Shown here piece by piece: positions 25,501 to 37,441 of a DNA stretch of 64,000 nucleotides. Below the pieces are notes generated by a model. It was not told where the DNA came from. It was given only the letters and a program-made list of their open reading frames with translations, and did not search any database. The stretch comes from Ylistrum balloti (taxonomy: Eukaryota): assembly GCF_031769215.1 (NCBI RefSeq), contig NW_026782452.1:496001-560000 (forward strand), in the 5' to 3' direction. How positions within the stretch are numbered: the stretch's first letter is position 1; every line of letters begins with the position of its first letter. The position numbers were made by a program, and so were the translations under genes.

Positions 25501-27465
25501 ATTCAGCTGCATTTATCTGGCAATAAGTCAAAGTATGATAATAAGCCCGCCCATAGTTATTGCTGGTCAGTATAACCAAAACATTTTATTTCATATGCCT
25601 GCAAAAAGCTTACGCCCTGACCACATGTTTCTGTGTTAACTCTCATGGCTATTTCCGGAGTGGTGACAACAGACCGGTCAAAATGGCTGTTCAATCAATT
25701 GTTTTCACTTTCAGTAATAAATCATGGAAACAATTTATAAAGAATGTGAATAAACCATTAAACATTGTAAGGATTGTAGTCATAACCATGGAACTGTCGA
25801 GATATGACATTTCAAGTTGTGATGTTACATTGTTGCAGACCTCTGATCTATGAAAAGCCACAGAAAAGTTGGTGGCAATGTTGTGGTGGTAATGTGCAGT
25901 TAGTTACCAGGGTCAAGGTCATGAGGGCAGAGGGACTGGAAAGACAAGAAAGGACAGGTAAGTAATTGGGTATAAAGCTCACCTCACAAATGCAATTAAG
26001 GTTTCCTCAAGACATTTTACATATTTTTTTTACATCTAGAAATGTCATTATTCAAAGAGTGATTAATTTATTTTATGTAACCCTGAAGTAATTGTTTAAT
26101 GTCATGTTAATGTTAACATCAGTTTTGACACACATCTCATGGTAGAATTATGATCAATCTTTGTATTTAGTTCACCACAAAAACTTGAAGTATAGAAGAA
26201 AGCAGGTGGAGGATAATGGATATTCTACTCTTGGGTTTAAAATTTGGATTCAGAACAACAGCAAAGCCTCAGTTCTGACTCGAGTTCTATACCCTTGATC
26301 TGGCAAGAAATGTGTGTCAATATGAATGCTCAATTTTTTTTTTATTCTCAGATTTTAGATATGTCTGTCTACATGATACAATGGTGATAGATTCTGTAAA
26401 TCTTCCACATATCTGTTGGACTGTCTGATGAAGATTTCAGCAGATGAATTTCCATGTCTTAAAACAATATGCTTGATATCTAAGAAATTATGTTTATTGT
26501 TTTATTCTGAAAAGTTTTCTACCATCTAGCTGCTTTCTGATCAAGCCGCTGGTGGTTTAAACCTAGATAAAAAGAAAAGGTGACTCAATTTTTGTGAAAA
26601 GATGTACATTACTGCCATAAAGATCTAACTTAATAATATTTTGTTTTCGAATTCCGCAGGAGCTGACCCATATTGCGTAATCTCATGTGAAGGTGAAAAG
26701 GTCACTACCAAAGTCGTAGAGGACACAACAAGTCCGGAATGGAACTCTTCTGCAATTTTCTACCGAAAAGCAGCCCTGAAAAAACCTTTAAAGATCCAGG
26801 TAATGAAATATGTTTTCTGGATGGTTGATTGGTTGCTGATATCAATGGTTTCTATTGTTTTTCAGACTTTTACCATATTTTTGGGTTTGGGTGAAGGAGT
26901 GGGTGGGGATAGGGGAGGATATAGTGTCACTCATATCTGTCCACCATTCAGCTTTCATTCTGTTTCAAATCATTGTCAAAGTGTGATCATTCATACCTTA
27001 TAAAAACATTTTCTAGCAAAATTATAAACCATTACTACTTATTGCCTGCTTGTATTGACTAGGTAAAGAGTAACCTGTTAGCCTCGAGGCTTAGTGCACA
27101 CGAGGCTTAGTGCACTATAAAAGTAGTATGAAAATACATGTACCAGATTCCAGTTCATGGGTCAGGGAAACAAAGTCGTCATTGTGTAGAAAATTGTCAA
27201 ATAATTGTACTAATTTGTGTCAATTTCGAGACATCCATGTCTTATTTTTTTAGTTATTTATTAATTTTTTCATCGGTTCCAGATCTGGAACAGCAACATC
27301 CTTCGAGACACCTACATGGGCAAACATGTGTTCACCAGCGTTGACGAGTGTCGAGACAAGATCTCAGCTGTTGGGTTGGTACAGCGTGGGAAGCAAGGTG
27401 ATAAGGTTGCTAACGGACAGCTCTATGTACAAATTACACAAACAAAGAATATTATGGCAGTGTAA
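13527..27465 (+). CDS. CAPN5: Calpain-5 (tra-3 type: CysPc + CBSW + C2), 12 coding exons, 642 aa
   Basis: Exons 13527-13706, 14533-14664, 16504-16712, 18132-18324, 18517-18713, 20142-20219, 21221-21401, 22888-23001, 25272-25474, 25839-25957, 26660-26799, 27283-27465. All splice phases match (1929 nt including stop). Catalytic motifs [12 protein letters not shown] and RNPWG are intact. The C-terminal C2 domain ([14 protein letters not shown]...IFYRK...IQIWN) ends in MAV as in human CAPN5, and there is no penta-EF-hand. Confidence 0.96.
14695..16500. repeat. 14-bp minisatellite (TATATTCTGTACGG)n filling the calpain intron between 14664 and 16504
   Basis: About 125 near-perfect copies running into the acceptor TATTTTGTGCAG at 16503. 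The unit has no stop codon on either strand, which explains the 600-aa ORFs. Confidence 0.97.
17115..17465 (+). repeat. Dimer of a tRNA-derived repeat (SINE-like, Thr-AGT-type loop)
   Basis: A-box-like TAGCT(C/T)(A/G)A(T/C)TGGTTGA and B-box GGTTCGAATCC, with a CTAGTAA anticodon-loop consensus across copies. Reverse-strand copies at about 13060-13130, 33255-33600, 38258-38400 and 53415-53580. Confidence 0.7.
18714..19230. repeat. About 32-bp G-rich minisatellite starting at the donor of calpain exon 18517-18713
   Basis: Unit AGGCCTTCAGTGGGGGATAAGTTGGGGGAGTC, about 15 copies. It resembles the junction AGGTCCCTTCAGTGATGG|GTAAGTTTG. Confidence 0.9.
20855..21030 (+). mobile_element. tRNA-headed SINE relic with a V/Meta-type central domain
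   Basis: Degenerate B-box GGGGTTTGATTCCC followed by TTCTCCAGGTACTCTGGTTTCCTCCCACAGT, the conserved core of V-SINE-like elements. Decayed relatives at about 29060-29230 and 40735-40930. Confidence 0.55.
21478..22207 (+). mobile_element. HINE-like non-autonomous Helentron element with 137-bp core monomers
   Basis: The 5' TTAGTTCACCTG pairs with the 3' CAGGTGAGT, which is followed by GCAGGCCC...GCCTCTTGTT. Internal monomers contain TTTGGCCTGTAACATGCTGG and TGACCTTGACC. Other copies at about 20380-20765, 31730-32190 and 62060-62220. Confidence 0.65.
22225..22495 (+). mobile_element. CORE-type SINE relic
   Basis: A-box-like GATAGCTCAGCATTGG and CORE-like GTTGTGTCCTTGGGCAAGATGCTTTAC. A reverse copy (GTCTTGTCAAAGGACACAAC) lies near 42160-42180. 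Confidence 0.45.
23195..24232. repeat. 48-bp minisatellite, about 21 copies, in a calpain intron
   Basis: Unit TTTACCTGTCCAATCTGACACATCATACAAATCAATATATTGATGATG. It gives the 16-aa periodic ORFs in the track. Confidence 0.97.
24287..24752. repeat. About 59-bp minisatellite, about 8 copies
   Basis: Unit GGTTACAATTTTAAATCTATGGGAAAGTAGCAATGATAGGATTATATCCTCAAGTGAAA, with starts at 24287 and 24346. Confidence 0.95.
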
Positions 27466-30400
27466 ATACAGATAGCTTAGTTGCTGCTGTCTTCAAATTC
27501 ATAGCTACCTGCAGATCTCGCTCACTTGCTTCTGACATTTGTAATAAAGAAGATGATTTTTTTTAAGATATGACTACGCATAGACAACAATTAAGGTTAA
27601 TTTTAAAATTTTCATAACACAAAGAAGTTCAATATTTTTATCATGGTCTTTTGGAATATCAATACTTCAGTAATATGTATTGATATTTCAAAATCATTTT
27701 GTTAAATGTCATATAACTTTCCAAGCATGTTTTTAAAATAATTTCTTTTGTAAAGATATCGAATGTGTTCTGGGGTGGGCTAAAAACAGATTATGAAAAG
27801 TTGATATATTTAAAGGTTTAAGAGGTTGAAATTAGTGCTTGGAATAATGAAATGGAAATTGAGAATAATGACTTTAAATGCCAGAAAAACATGCCAGTAT
27901 AGTGTTTTAGAATGTGGTCTATCCTGTGGACAGTTTCGGTGAAAAAAAAAAAAACTTTGTGTGTTGAATCTGTGTTTGGTGACTTATCACCTGCTGATAT
28001 TAATAGTCTTTCATATATAATAGTGATAGATAACACACATACTGTATAGTTATTAAGTTTTGCAAGGCTTATATTTTTTGGTTGTCCTGGGTTGGGGTAA
28101 GTTCAACAGAATTAAATTTGTTGAAACCTATCCTTACAGCTTTTACTTTTAGAGAGCATTATTATGAACTGTTTGCATATTTTGATTAACTAATAAGATT
28201 TAAAATATGTTGAAGGTATTTAATTTCGTGCTGTCATTAAAGATAATGAATACAGCAAAAGGAAGTCCTCCACAAATATTTTAGTTAATATAGTTCTGCA
28301 TTGTTTCATAAATATGTATTAAACTCCTCAAGAAAACCTACTGGTAGAGAAGATTTAAAAAATATTTCTACCATGGATCTTTAGATTTCTCAAGCAAGTG
28401 TGATAAGTACCTTGTTTCATTTACCTTAAGATTATTAAAATATAGAATATACCTCTTTCCTGCATTTTAGATTTATTTCAATATTTCTGTTTTTGTTTTA
28501 CCGACTAAGTAAATTTTCTTGAATATGCATTGTGTATATATGTTATAAACTTTTTCCTTATTCTTCACAATATGTAAATTTTGTAAAAACAATTTTGTTG
28601 ACATTTAATATCATATACTGTTGTATACTGATATTTTTTCTTATAGAAAGACTTCATTCATTTGTAAATAATTAAAATACACAATATATCTAGATATATT
28701 TTAATAAAAATCAGATTTATTACTGATACAGGTATTTGGAAGATGGCCTTTTTTTACATAAATGTTGTTAGATTTATATAGGCTTATAAATTAATTCATT
28801 TTTAGGCTTTTTCTGCTTGACAATTAATAAGGTGTCTGGTTTTACCAATAACAAATTTGAGATTTTATGTAAGTGAGGTTATGTGACTTGTATAGATATT
28901 ATATAATAAATTATAGAAAATTTTGCCCAGAACACCAGTAATTTATTTCTTTATTGTTCAAAGTTGATACAAAAAGAAAAAAAAAAATATGTCTACCCTG
29001 AAGTACACAGTAGTGATATATTTGGTGGTACATAGTTTTATCATACTTGAGTGGGGATGGTTAATGCTCAAGTGGGGAGGTAGTCAGGTGGTACACACAC
29101 TTACCTTTCACCAAGACAATCAGGGTTTGATTTCTCTGATCGAACATAAAAAGTATGGAGTTACTGTCTTATCTGAGTACTCCAGATTCCTCCAATAGTA
29201 AGACCTTCAGCGCATCCATCCGGGCCAAATGTAGAGATTAATTTTAGCAGAATGAGAAGTTTGCAATGGGAATAACTCACACAGAACAACAGAACTCTAG
29301 TCACAAGTTGTATTTTTTAATTTGTTTGCTAACAAACTTTGTCCAGCATTCTTTCATTGATTGGATGTTTAGTGAATGAAATTTGAAAAACAAAAATAAA
29401 CGTAAAGGTATTTTTATTGAATACTTTTGAATACATGAAAAGAGCTCTGAAATCAAATATCAGCTTCAATAACTATGCAAATTATTTTTGAGAAGAAAAA
29501 GTATGTTATAGTATTTATTTCCTTTGTTATGAAGTGTTGGTTTAATTATCATCTCTAACTTGTGGCCTTACAAAAAAAAAAATTTATTTCTGTTCAATTT
29601 TAATGAAAGTTCCCTTGAATGTGATGTCTGCTGGTATTTCATACATTTTGCTGTATAATAGTGTACTCTTTTTCAATTGAAAAGAGTGCATTATTTTAAT
29701 TTTATGACTGTACTTAAGCTTTTGATGTTGTTTAATACTCAAAATGCTTAATAGAGAATGATATACTTGTATTTATCCAAATGTAGGCCACAAGCCTGGC
29801 AAACAATTCACTCATATTTATAGAGGCAAGAAGAGTGTCCTCTTATGAGAAACCAAGGCCTGGGCAAAACATTTAAATAGGTAGGCCCTATCAGCTTATT
29901 GCACATTCAGTATATTAATTGAGCTAAGATTGAAAAAATTGTGAATATATTAACTATTGTTATGTCAAAAAATAATATTGTACATGGCTATGGTAAATTA
30001 GAACTTTATATCGTAGTGTTATTGGCACCTAAGGGGCAGGGAATGAGTTTTCACAGTAGAACAGTGCCAGCTGATGTCATCTTTCTACATTTAACAACTT
30101 CTGAAGGGTAACTATGAGGCCAAGAGTCCAAAACATAGAACCAGTAGCATGAATCATGCCAGCCTAATTTTCATCCAGTCCAAAAAATGCTTACCTAGCT
30201 GGTCGAATGATGTTACAGAGAAAAATTAGTTGATAAGTGTTATTATTTAACCTTGGGTGAAATGCTTAGTATTGTTGTTAATGAATGACTGTACTTTCTC
30301 TGCAGCATAAACTTTGCAGCTGGTAATGATAATTATATACTGATAGTAATTTCTTTTCTGATTTTTTCTAAATTTTTTATTTTTTTTTTATTTTGTAAAT

Positions 30401-33400
30401 GTAATCCCTTCATTTATTGTGTGTACATACTATTTATAAACAGTATTCTCTTGTTTTTATAGAAATATAGATCTGATGACATTATCAATAATGGTTGTCC
30501 ATTGTGAAGGCATTCTATGACCGTTTTGTTATTTCCAATCATATGTAAACTCCATTTACTGTGTTTTTTAGATACAACAGCATGAAATGTATATTGTTTG
30601 TTTATTTTATCTGCCACTGTGAAAATGTTTGTACAATATTGCTTAGTATACTTTTATTTACTTTATATGTATCTTATTTTCAAAGAATTTCAGTCTTATT
30701 TACAGATGTTTTTTCTACTTTGTTCGAACATATGTCCCTGTATTATGATACTTTACAGTAAATATCGATACAAAAAATGCCATATCATTTTAGATATATA
30801 CAATGCCTGCTGCTGCATAGGTAACTAAGGTTATGTGCCTGAGAGAAGACATGGAGTTTATTAAGTAATTACATGTACTTGGAATAAAAGGTACCACCTG
30901 AAACCTTGTAAATGTTTTGTTTACTTTTTTTGTTGTTTTCCTTAAAGTTATCATATTATTTCTTTGAACAGAAAAGTTGATACTGATACACATGTGTTAC
31001 CCTTCAATCTAATCACTTCTCTATTTTTTACATACACACTGAGGGCTTCTAGAAAAAATATTACACAGCTCTCCCTTATGACCAAAAAGCCTTATAACTA
31101 ACATCTAGATGTCCCACTGATAGTGTACTAGCTTAAGCCAATATACTTGTAAGATTATTCCATTTTAAGATGTTTTGTACTTTTCTTATTTTTCTTTTTG
31201 AATAAACAATTGTTTACCATGTTGCATTCTTGCCAGCATTTGCTTGAGCAAAACAAAGTCTATTTCAACAATTTACATAAAAAGCATTGTATATGTTTAA
31301 GTGCATGCATGTATAACTTTCTCAGTAGTACAAGGTCTACAGTCTTAATTTCATGGAACAGGGTCAATATATTGTGTTTATATTTATTAGAATGAATAGA
31401 CTGAAATCAGCTTAAGTTGAACGTTGGAGTCCATACATCAAACAGGAAAGTTTTAAGAATTGATCCTATCTGCCAAGTTACGTTAACCATTGACCCAATA
31501 TTGGATGATGATTGATTGCTTTTCAAGGCAATATAATGATATATTAAAACGTCTAGATAACTTGACGACTGTCCTGATTTCATCAAGTTCAATTTCAGCT
31601 GAATTTGATTTATTTCATTAATTTTCTATAAACTGTGTTTTGCATAATTATTACATATGATATTTATATATATAAATTTATATTATATTTGAAAATAATT
31701 TTTGTGAATTTTTTCTATGCTTATGCGAGGGTGTGATGTGGTCTGTCAACTTTTTCCATGCAGTAATTTTTTCTTGGTGGTCAAAACGTTCAAGGTTGCG
31801 TTGGTCATGATGTTGGGTTTGTAGCGTGCTTTGAGTAAGGAGCTACCAAGTTTGTATAAATAAGTGACCTTGACCTACTATCATTGTCACAGAGGTTAGA
31901 GACTCTAAAATCTTGCATACTTGTTTTGTCAATAATGGAAAGGTCCAGTGCCATGGTATTTGGCCTGTAGTGTGTTTGCCGAAATGATTATGACCCACTT
32001 TCATTGTCACAGGTGTGAAATGTGTAAAGATCTTAAAATGATTTCTTACCAGTGTAAACTAAAAAGACTAATGTCACAATGTTTGAGTTATAGCATGCTA
32101 GGGTAAGGAGCATTCAGGTTTGTTCAAATGAATGATCTCTGCCCATGTTCATTGTCATAGATGTCGAGTGTATTAAAATCTACCTTTTCTCAATTTTTAC
32201 AAGTTGTATGAATGGTATAAGTGCCTTTTCATCAAAATTGTTCTCTTCAGAGGAAAATGGGTAAACTAATATAGCTCATTGGAAATCTGGTTACATTGAT
32301 GTCTGTAAATTTAATTGTTCAGTATACACAGTGCAGTAGATTTCTGTAAATTTCTTAATTGTTGTTTATGTACATTATTGACTTTTCCCTTTTTAACCAA
32401 CCGAGCTGAAAATTAACTGGTGTGTGTCATACTATTTTTTAAGGAGTTATCTGAAGTTCATCCATTAATATCCATTAACAAAGAAAATTATTTTTTTTCT
32501 CTATTGCATGCAATTACATATAAGAAAAACGTCCATTTGAACCAGATTGTGATAACACCATTGTCATAAAAATGGAATTAGTTTTATAAATAATTACTAC
32601 AAACTTAATTTTTATTAAGAATCATTATCGTATTAAATTATGATTTGTGAACACATTTGAAAAATGACCGAGCATCTATTATTGGAATTTTATTGCTATT
32701 TAATATTTAACATGCATTTAGTGTTTGCTTGGATGAAGGCCTATATTCACTAGCTTGTTAAAATAAAAAAATAACTGAAATCTTCTTGTTTTCATTCTTT
32801 ATACGATCTCGTGATCAAATTCCTGGGAGATACATTTATTCATCAGAGAAACTCTTGTTCAGTTTATCTAAAAATTTCAAATTTTTCCCATTATTACTTA
32901 TTTTGCCGACTAAATCTACCTCTTAGATCTTTGGGAAGCCCAGACAATAAATCCTAGCTTCACAAGATCAAGATATAGAGATCAGGACACAGACTGGTAC
33001 AAATGATATCTGCCAGTGTATGAAAACAACTGAATAATTAGTGGAACTTGTAGAGTGAAGCAGTCAGATATCTACTTATAGTAACTGTGATCTCGATTTT
33101 GGCCCTTTTAAGGTTGCAACATAAACAAGAGATGAAGCTTTAAGTTTATGATGTTTCTAGACAACTGGATAATAAATGAAGACTGCAGAGCAAGAATGGC
33201 GAAAATCTAAAATAACAGTGACTCCAGTTTTAATTTAAGTTTCAGGTCAGTTTTTTGTTATATCAATGCCTCTGCTAGGAATTGAACATGGAACCCCTGG
33301 CTTACTAGTCTGACTCAACCAATCAAGCTAAAGAGAAGTTCTCTCTAGCCGAGTGGTATATTGCGGCTAGTATTTTACCAGGGTTACATACTCCCCCTTC

Positions 33401-33836
33401 CAGGAAAAAAACTTGTCAAGTTTCCAGGGGTTACAGTGATGCTGGCAAGACATGGCTAAGTACAATTCCTTGGTCCCTACATGCACACCAATCTAATGGA
33501 GGTCATTATTTATTTCAATGCCTCTGCTAGCAATCAAACCTGGAAACACTGGCTTACTAGTCCGACGCTCAACCAATTGAGCTAAAGAGAAGTTTAGAAG
33601 AATATTTCTGTCATGGATCTGAATTTCCACTTTTTTATTTAGTCTTTCCAGCTACAGCAGTTCCCATGTAATTTCTCCAGGAGGAGAAATGATCCATTAT
33701 TCTGGTGCAGAGACTATAAACAGATGACGGACAATACACCAAGACATAAGCTCTTCTGGTAATTGTTTCTAAAAACAAAAACAAAAAAGGCATTTTTGGG
33801 GTTTTCTCTTTTTTTTTTACTGTACATTTCAGAGAT

Positions 33837-36831
33837 TTAAACACTGGATGGATACAGCATCTGAAAAGAGAGTAAAATGTAATTATAGAAAATGTTTTCA
33901 CTCATTTCAATATTCAATCAACAATACTAACAATTATTTCTGGGACCAAAGTTTTTTCAATACATTTTCATGAACAGTTCTTATGCAAAAAATTTAAGTA
34001 TCGCTTCTTTCTATTAACATTGAAAATGCAAATATCTGATAAGAAACATAATTACCCTTGAAAAAACTGTTTGCATAAATCTCGAAAAAGATTTAAAATC
34101 AACCAACATGTTCCGGAAGGCAAGTAGTGATTAAAATCTTTCTTAATCTTATTCCTTAATCATCCTCCACACAGGAAAGTATGCTTTCCATACATTGGAG
34201 AATGAAACCGCACAAACCTTAACTAAATATATCTTTAAACAACAGACTTATCATATGAATATCATATCATATCCATCCAGTAGGTTTCATTGAACTCACC
34301 ACTCTGATCCTGCGTCCCATGGCGGTGGCAGGTAGGTTCTTCCTGAACTTTGCTCTCACAGATCCGCTGTTACCATGTGGGCGTGTGATCTTTCCCCACA
34401 CTACACGGATACGACTAGCATTTTCGTGGCCAGGACAAGCAGTCTTCCTGTAAAGAAATTATTATGGTACATTAAGTCTGGAAAATAACAAGTGAATTTT
34501 ATTTACATTTATTTGATTTCTTTTCTTTAAATCAATAACATCTCCCCTCACAAATTAAAGTATCAAAACATATCTTTGAATATAGGACTCTCTTTATGAA
34601 TGTGTCCAGGTTGTAAACAGGTTTACCTTTATAAATTTCATTTAACTGTCACTAAATGTGAATTAACTTGCTTGCATAATTTGCAGAATATGTTATCTGG
34701 TTTCTCGTCTTAGTCACAGAATCAAGGAGTGTGACTGAAAATTTTGTAAAAAAAAAAAAAAAAATAAGAATCAAGTGATCAAATAATATGGTAGCTGATA
34801 AATGCAGAATTCTCAACTGCATCATGGTATTTTTTTACTTTTGACTTCAGATTACAAGATAAAATCTGGGAATATCTATTCATCTTACAAGCAATTAGTA
34901 AAGGATCAATTTTCCTCTTGCTATTTTTTAGACACATCATCTTCCATACTTTTAAATATTGTGTTGTCTTCCATCTAATTTCAAATTTCAAAAAAAAATC
35001 TCAATAATGTAGGCTACTTAGCTCAACTCTGAAATCTTAGTGTTGCCCTATCTCTCCAACAACTATGCTAATATAATAAGTTTGAGTTTTACCAGTTTAT
35101 TCCCAAGTCAAAATATTTTTCTTCATTTGAAGTATGTCAGTGACATTGTCATATTTTTTCTCTCATTTTAATTCCAACTTACTCGTATATATTTTTCATT
35201 TCTAAACTTCAGGGCTCAACATGATTACCACAATGAGTGTACATCATCTATAAAGTTGCTTCTCCATTTGTAGTATAAATTTCCAAGTTTAAGTTGCCTA
35301 CCCTATGTGTATAATATTTCTGGATCACCACTTCAAAAATTATCAAACATTGTTAACGAGCATTTATCACATGCTGTTTTAACAAAAGCATATAAAACGA
35401 ACACTCATAATTCTATTATTTTGCAGAAAAGTATGATCAATCTGATCAAATAAAAGTAACCAATGTATCTTAAAAAGCATTACCAGCAGTGAGTGCCTGC
35501 GATATCAATTATACGTTACCAACTATAGCCTAGTAAACAATGAAAATTTGACATTTAACTTATACCTAGCACGATACTCTGTAAAACTCCATGTTGAAGT
35601 CATTGTGATCTGTTTGAATAGTTTTATCACTAATATCAGACCAAGTTTACAAGCAGATACTTTTTGTTGATCTGATTTAAGAAAAAGTCATGCATATATA
35701 TGCAACCAACCTCTTTGCCTTGTATACATATGCACATCGCTTTCCGAGATAAAAATGGGTTTCTGCGAGCTTGGTTACACCTTCTATCTTCAATAATGCA
35801 GTGTTTTCATGCTGGTTTCTCAAACCACGCTTGAAGCCAGTGAACACAGCTTTACAGTACAGTCTAAAATAAAACGACAAAATTCAACTGATATCATCTG
35901 TATTGCATAATTTAAGAACAGAAATTAACATAACCACTGTTAAGCACAGAGTGGGGTGCATTTTGGTAGGACTTCTATTTTTTATGCTTTATCCAAAATT
36001 GTCCAACATGCCCTGGAAAATATTAAATCTAACAGATATTTGACCTTATATAGGTTTATTCCAAATGAATTTGCCTTTTTTAAAGCATCCAGCCTTAAAT
36101 AAAAATTAGGTGATCTAGGGAACAACAGGAAACCTTTCTTTATTTTGCTGAAGACAAAAGAAATCTTGATGTTGGACCAAAATCAAAATGATTCACTTAA
36201 AAATTTCTTGTGAACATGAAGAAAAACACAACAAAGATATGAATTTAAATCTTCCTTTTCATAGTTCAGAAGGTTGGGCACAACATTTGAGGGACAGTCA
36301 CTGCTCAATCAATTAGTTACTAAAATGTAGGGTTATTTAGAAACAGAAAGAAATAGGGTTGTTTAAACATTTGCAACAGAAAAGGGCATTTTTTAACATG
36401 ACCTTTATTGATAGCCAATGAATCATTTTCAATAAGCTGGACAACCTAATTATAAAAATATGACACCCTTTTATGCTACAAACATTTGATAGAAATTCAC
36501 TTGTTTCTTTTCTATTCCAAATGATTATGCATTAGAGTGACTTATGAATTAATGAAAAGAGTAACTTTCATTAGCAATAGGTAACTAATTAGACAAGTCC
36601 ATACGCCAAACATTTGTTTTGGTCTTATTACGTTATGCCACATCTCAGCAGGAACTTGATAAACGTGTCATCCACTGTCATAACCTGGTAATGACATTTA
36701 AATTCCTACATCACAGTAGATAAATTGATCATCTCCTTTGAGAGACCTGTCAACACCCTAGCAGCAAGTGATGGAAATACCAACCTTCCAGACTTCTTCT
36801 GTGGGTTTGCCGTTTGGTTGGCCTCTGCCAT
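33837..36831 (-). CDS. RPL35A: 60S ribosomal protein L35a (eL33), 4 coding exons, 123 aa
   Basis: Minus-strand exons 36831-36785, 35863-35711, 34447-34300, 33860-33837, all GT-AG with matching phases. Protein: [45 protein letters not shown]...[14 protein letters not shown]...[43 protein letters not shown]. Confidence 0.97.
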
Positions 36832-37289
36832 TATGAGCAGATCTGCAAAAAAAGGATTATCAGTTAAATCTTTAACTTCTAGTAAAATTACGAAGAAAAG
36901 TGATGTCAAGATTTTAAAAGTGTCTCGTTCTTGGTGTACGAAATTGCAACTTATGTTATTATGAAGAGCATTCATGACACAATTTTAATACAATTGAATT
37001 TGATCTAGTTGGCACCATCGTTAGTAGCAAATTATTTTCAAAGTGGTATAGAGTGTTTGTGTTTTATCTATGAAAACAACGTCTACAAAAAGAAGACACG
37101 AATGTCAACATGAGACGGGTTTGCACTCCAATCCATCCAATATCGTTACTAATAAAGTTCATCAATGATGACAAATGTGTGTTGTGTATACTTCTGATAT
37201 CATAGATGGCTAAAAACTGGAACTAGTATACAGGTACTTTCGCATGACGTTGTAAACAAAAATTTATTTAGGTTCGTATAATGGTATCA

Positions 37290-37441
37290 GCACCTTGTAA
37301 TCGTGATGGCCGAAAAAAGGAAGCGGAAATGTGCTCTGCCCGGAACTTCCGTTTCACATGCGCATGTGTCATGGCAACAATAAACAATATGGAGGCCAGG
37401 CAGTAAATCGAGAAACACTGTGAATATTGATTTATAAACAA
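37290..37441. promoter_or_regulatory. Compact bidirectional promoter of RPL35A (-) and IQCG (+)
   Basis: On the minus strand, CTTCCTTTTTTC (37323-37312) followed by GGCCATC forms a TCT initiator/5'TOP with a YY1-like site. Overlapping ETS cores CCGGAACTTCCG (about 37340-37351), CATGCGCATG (37357-37366), X-box-like GTGTCATGGCAAC (37366-37378), and a + strand donor CAA|GTAAGT at 37442. Confidence 0.75.

Noticed and set aside
33255-33600. Functional tRNA-Thr genes
   Set aside because: The acceptor and anticodon stems do not pair and the copies are diverged, so they are treated as tRNA-derived repeats.
36640-36720. Box C/D snoRNA candidate in an RPL35A intron (GTGATGT...CTGA on the minus strand)
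   Set aside because: The C box is imperfect, the terminal stem is weak, I could not recognise an rRNA or snRNA complement, and it lies far from the 3' splice site.
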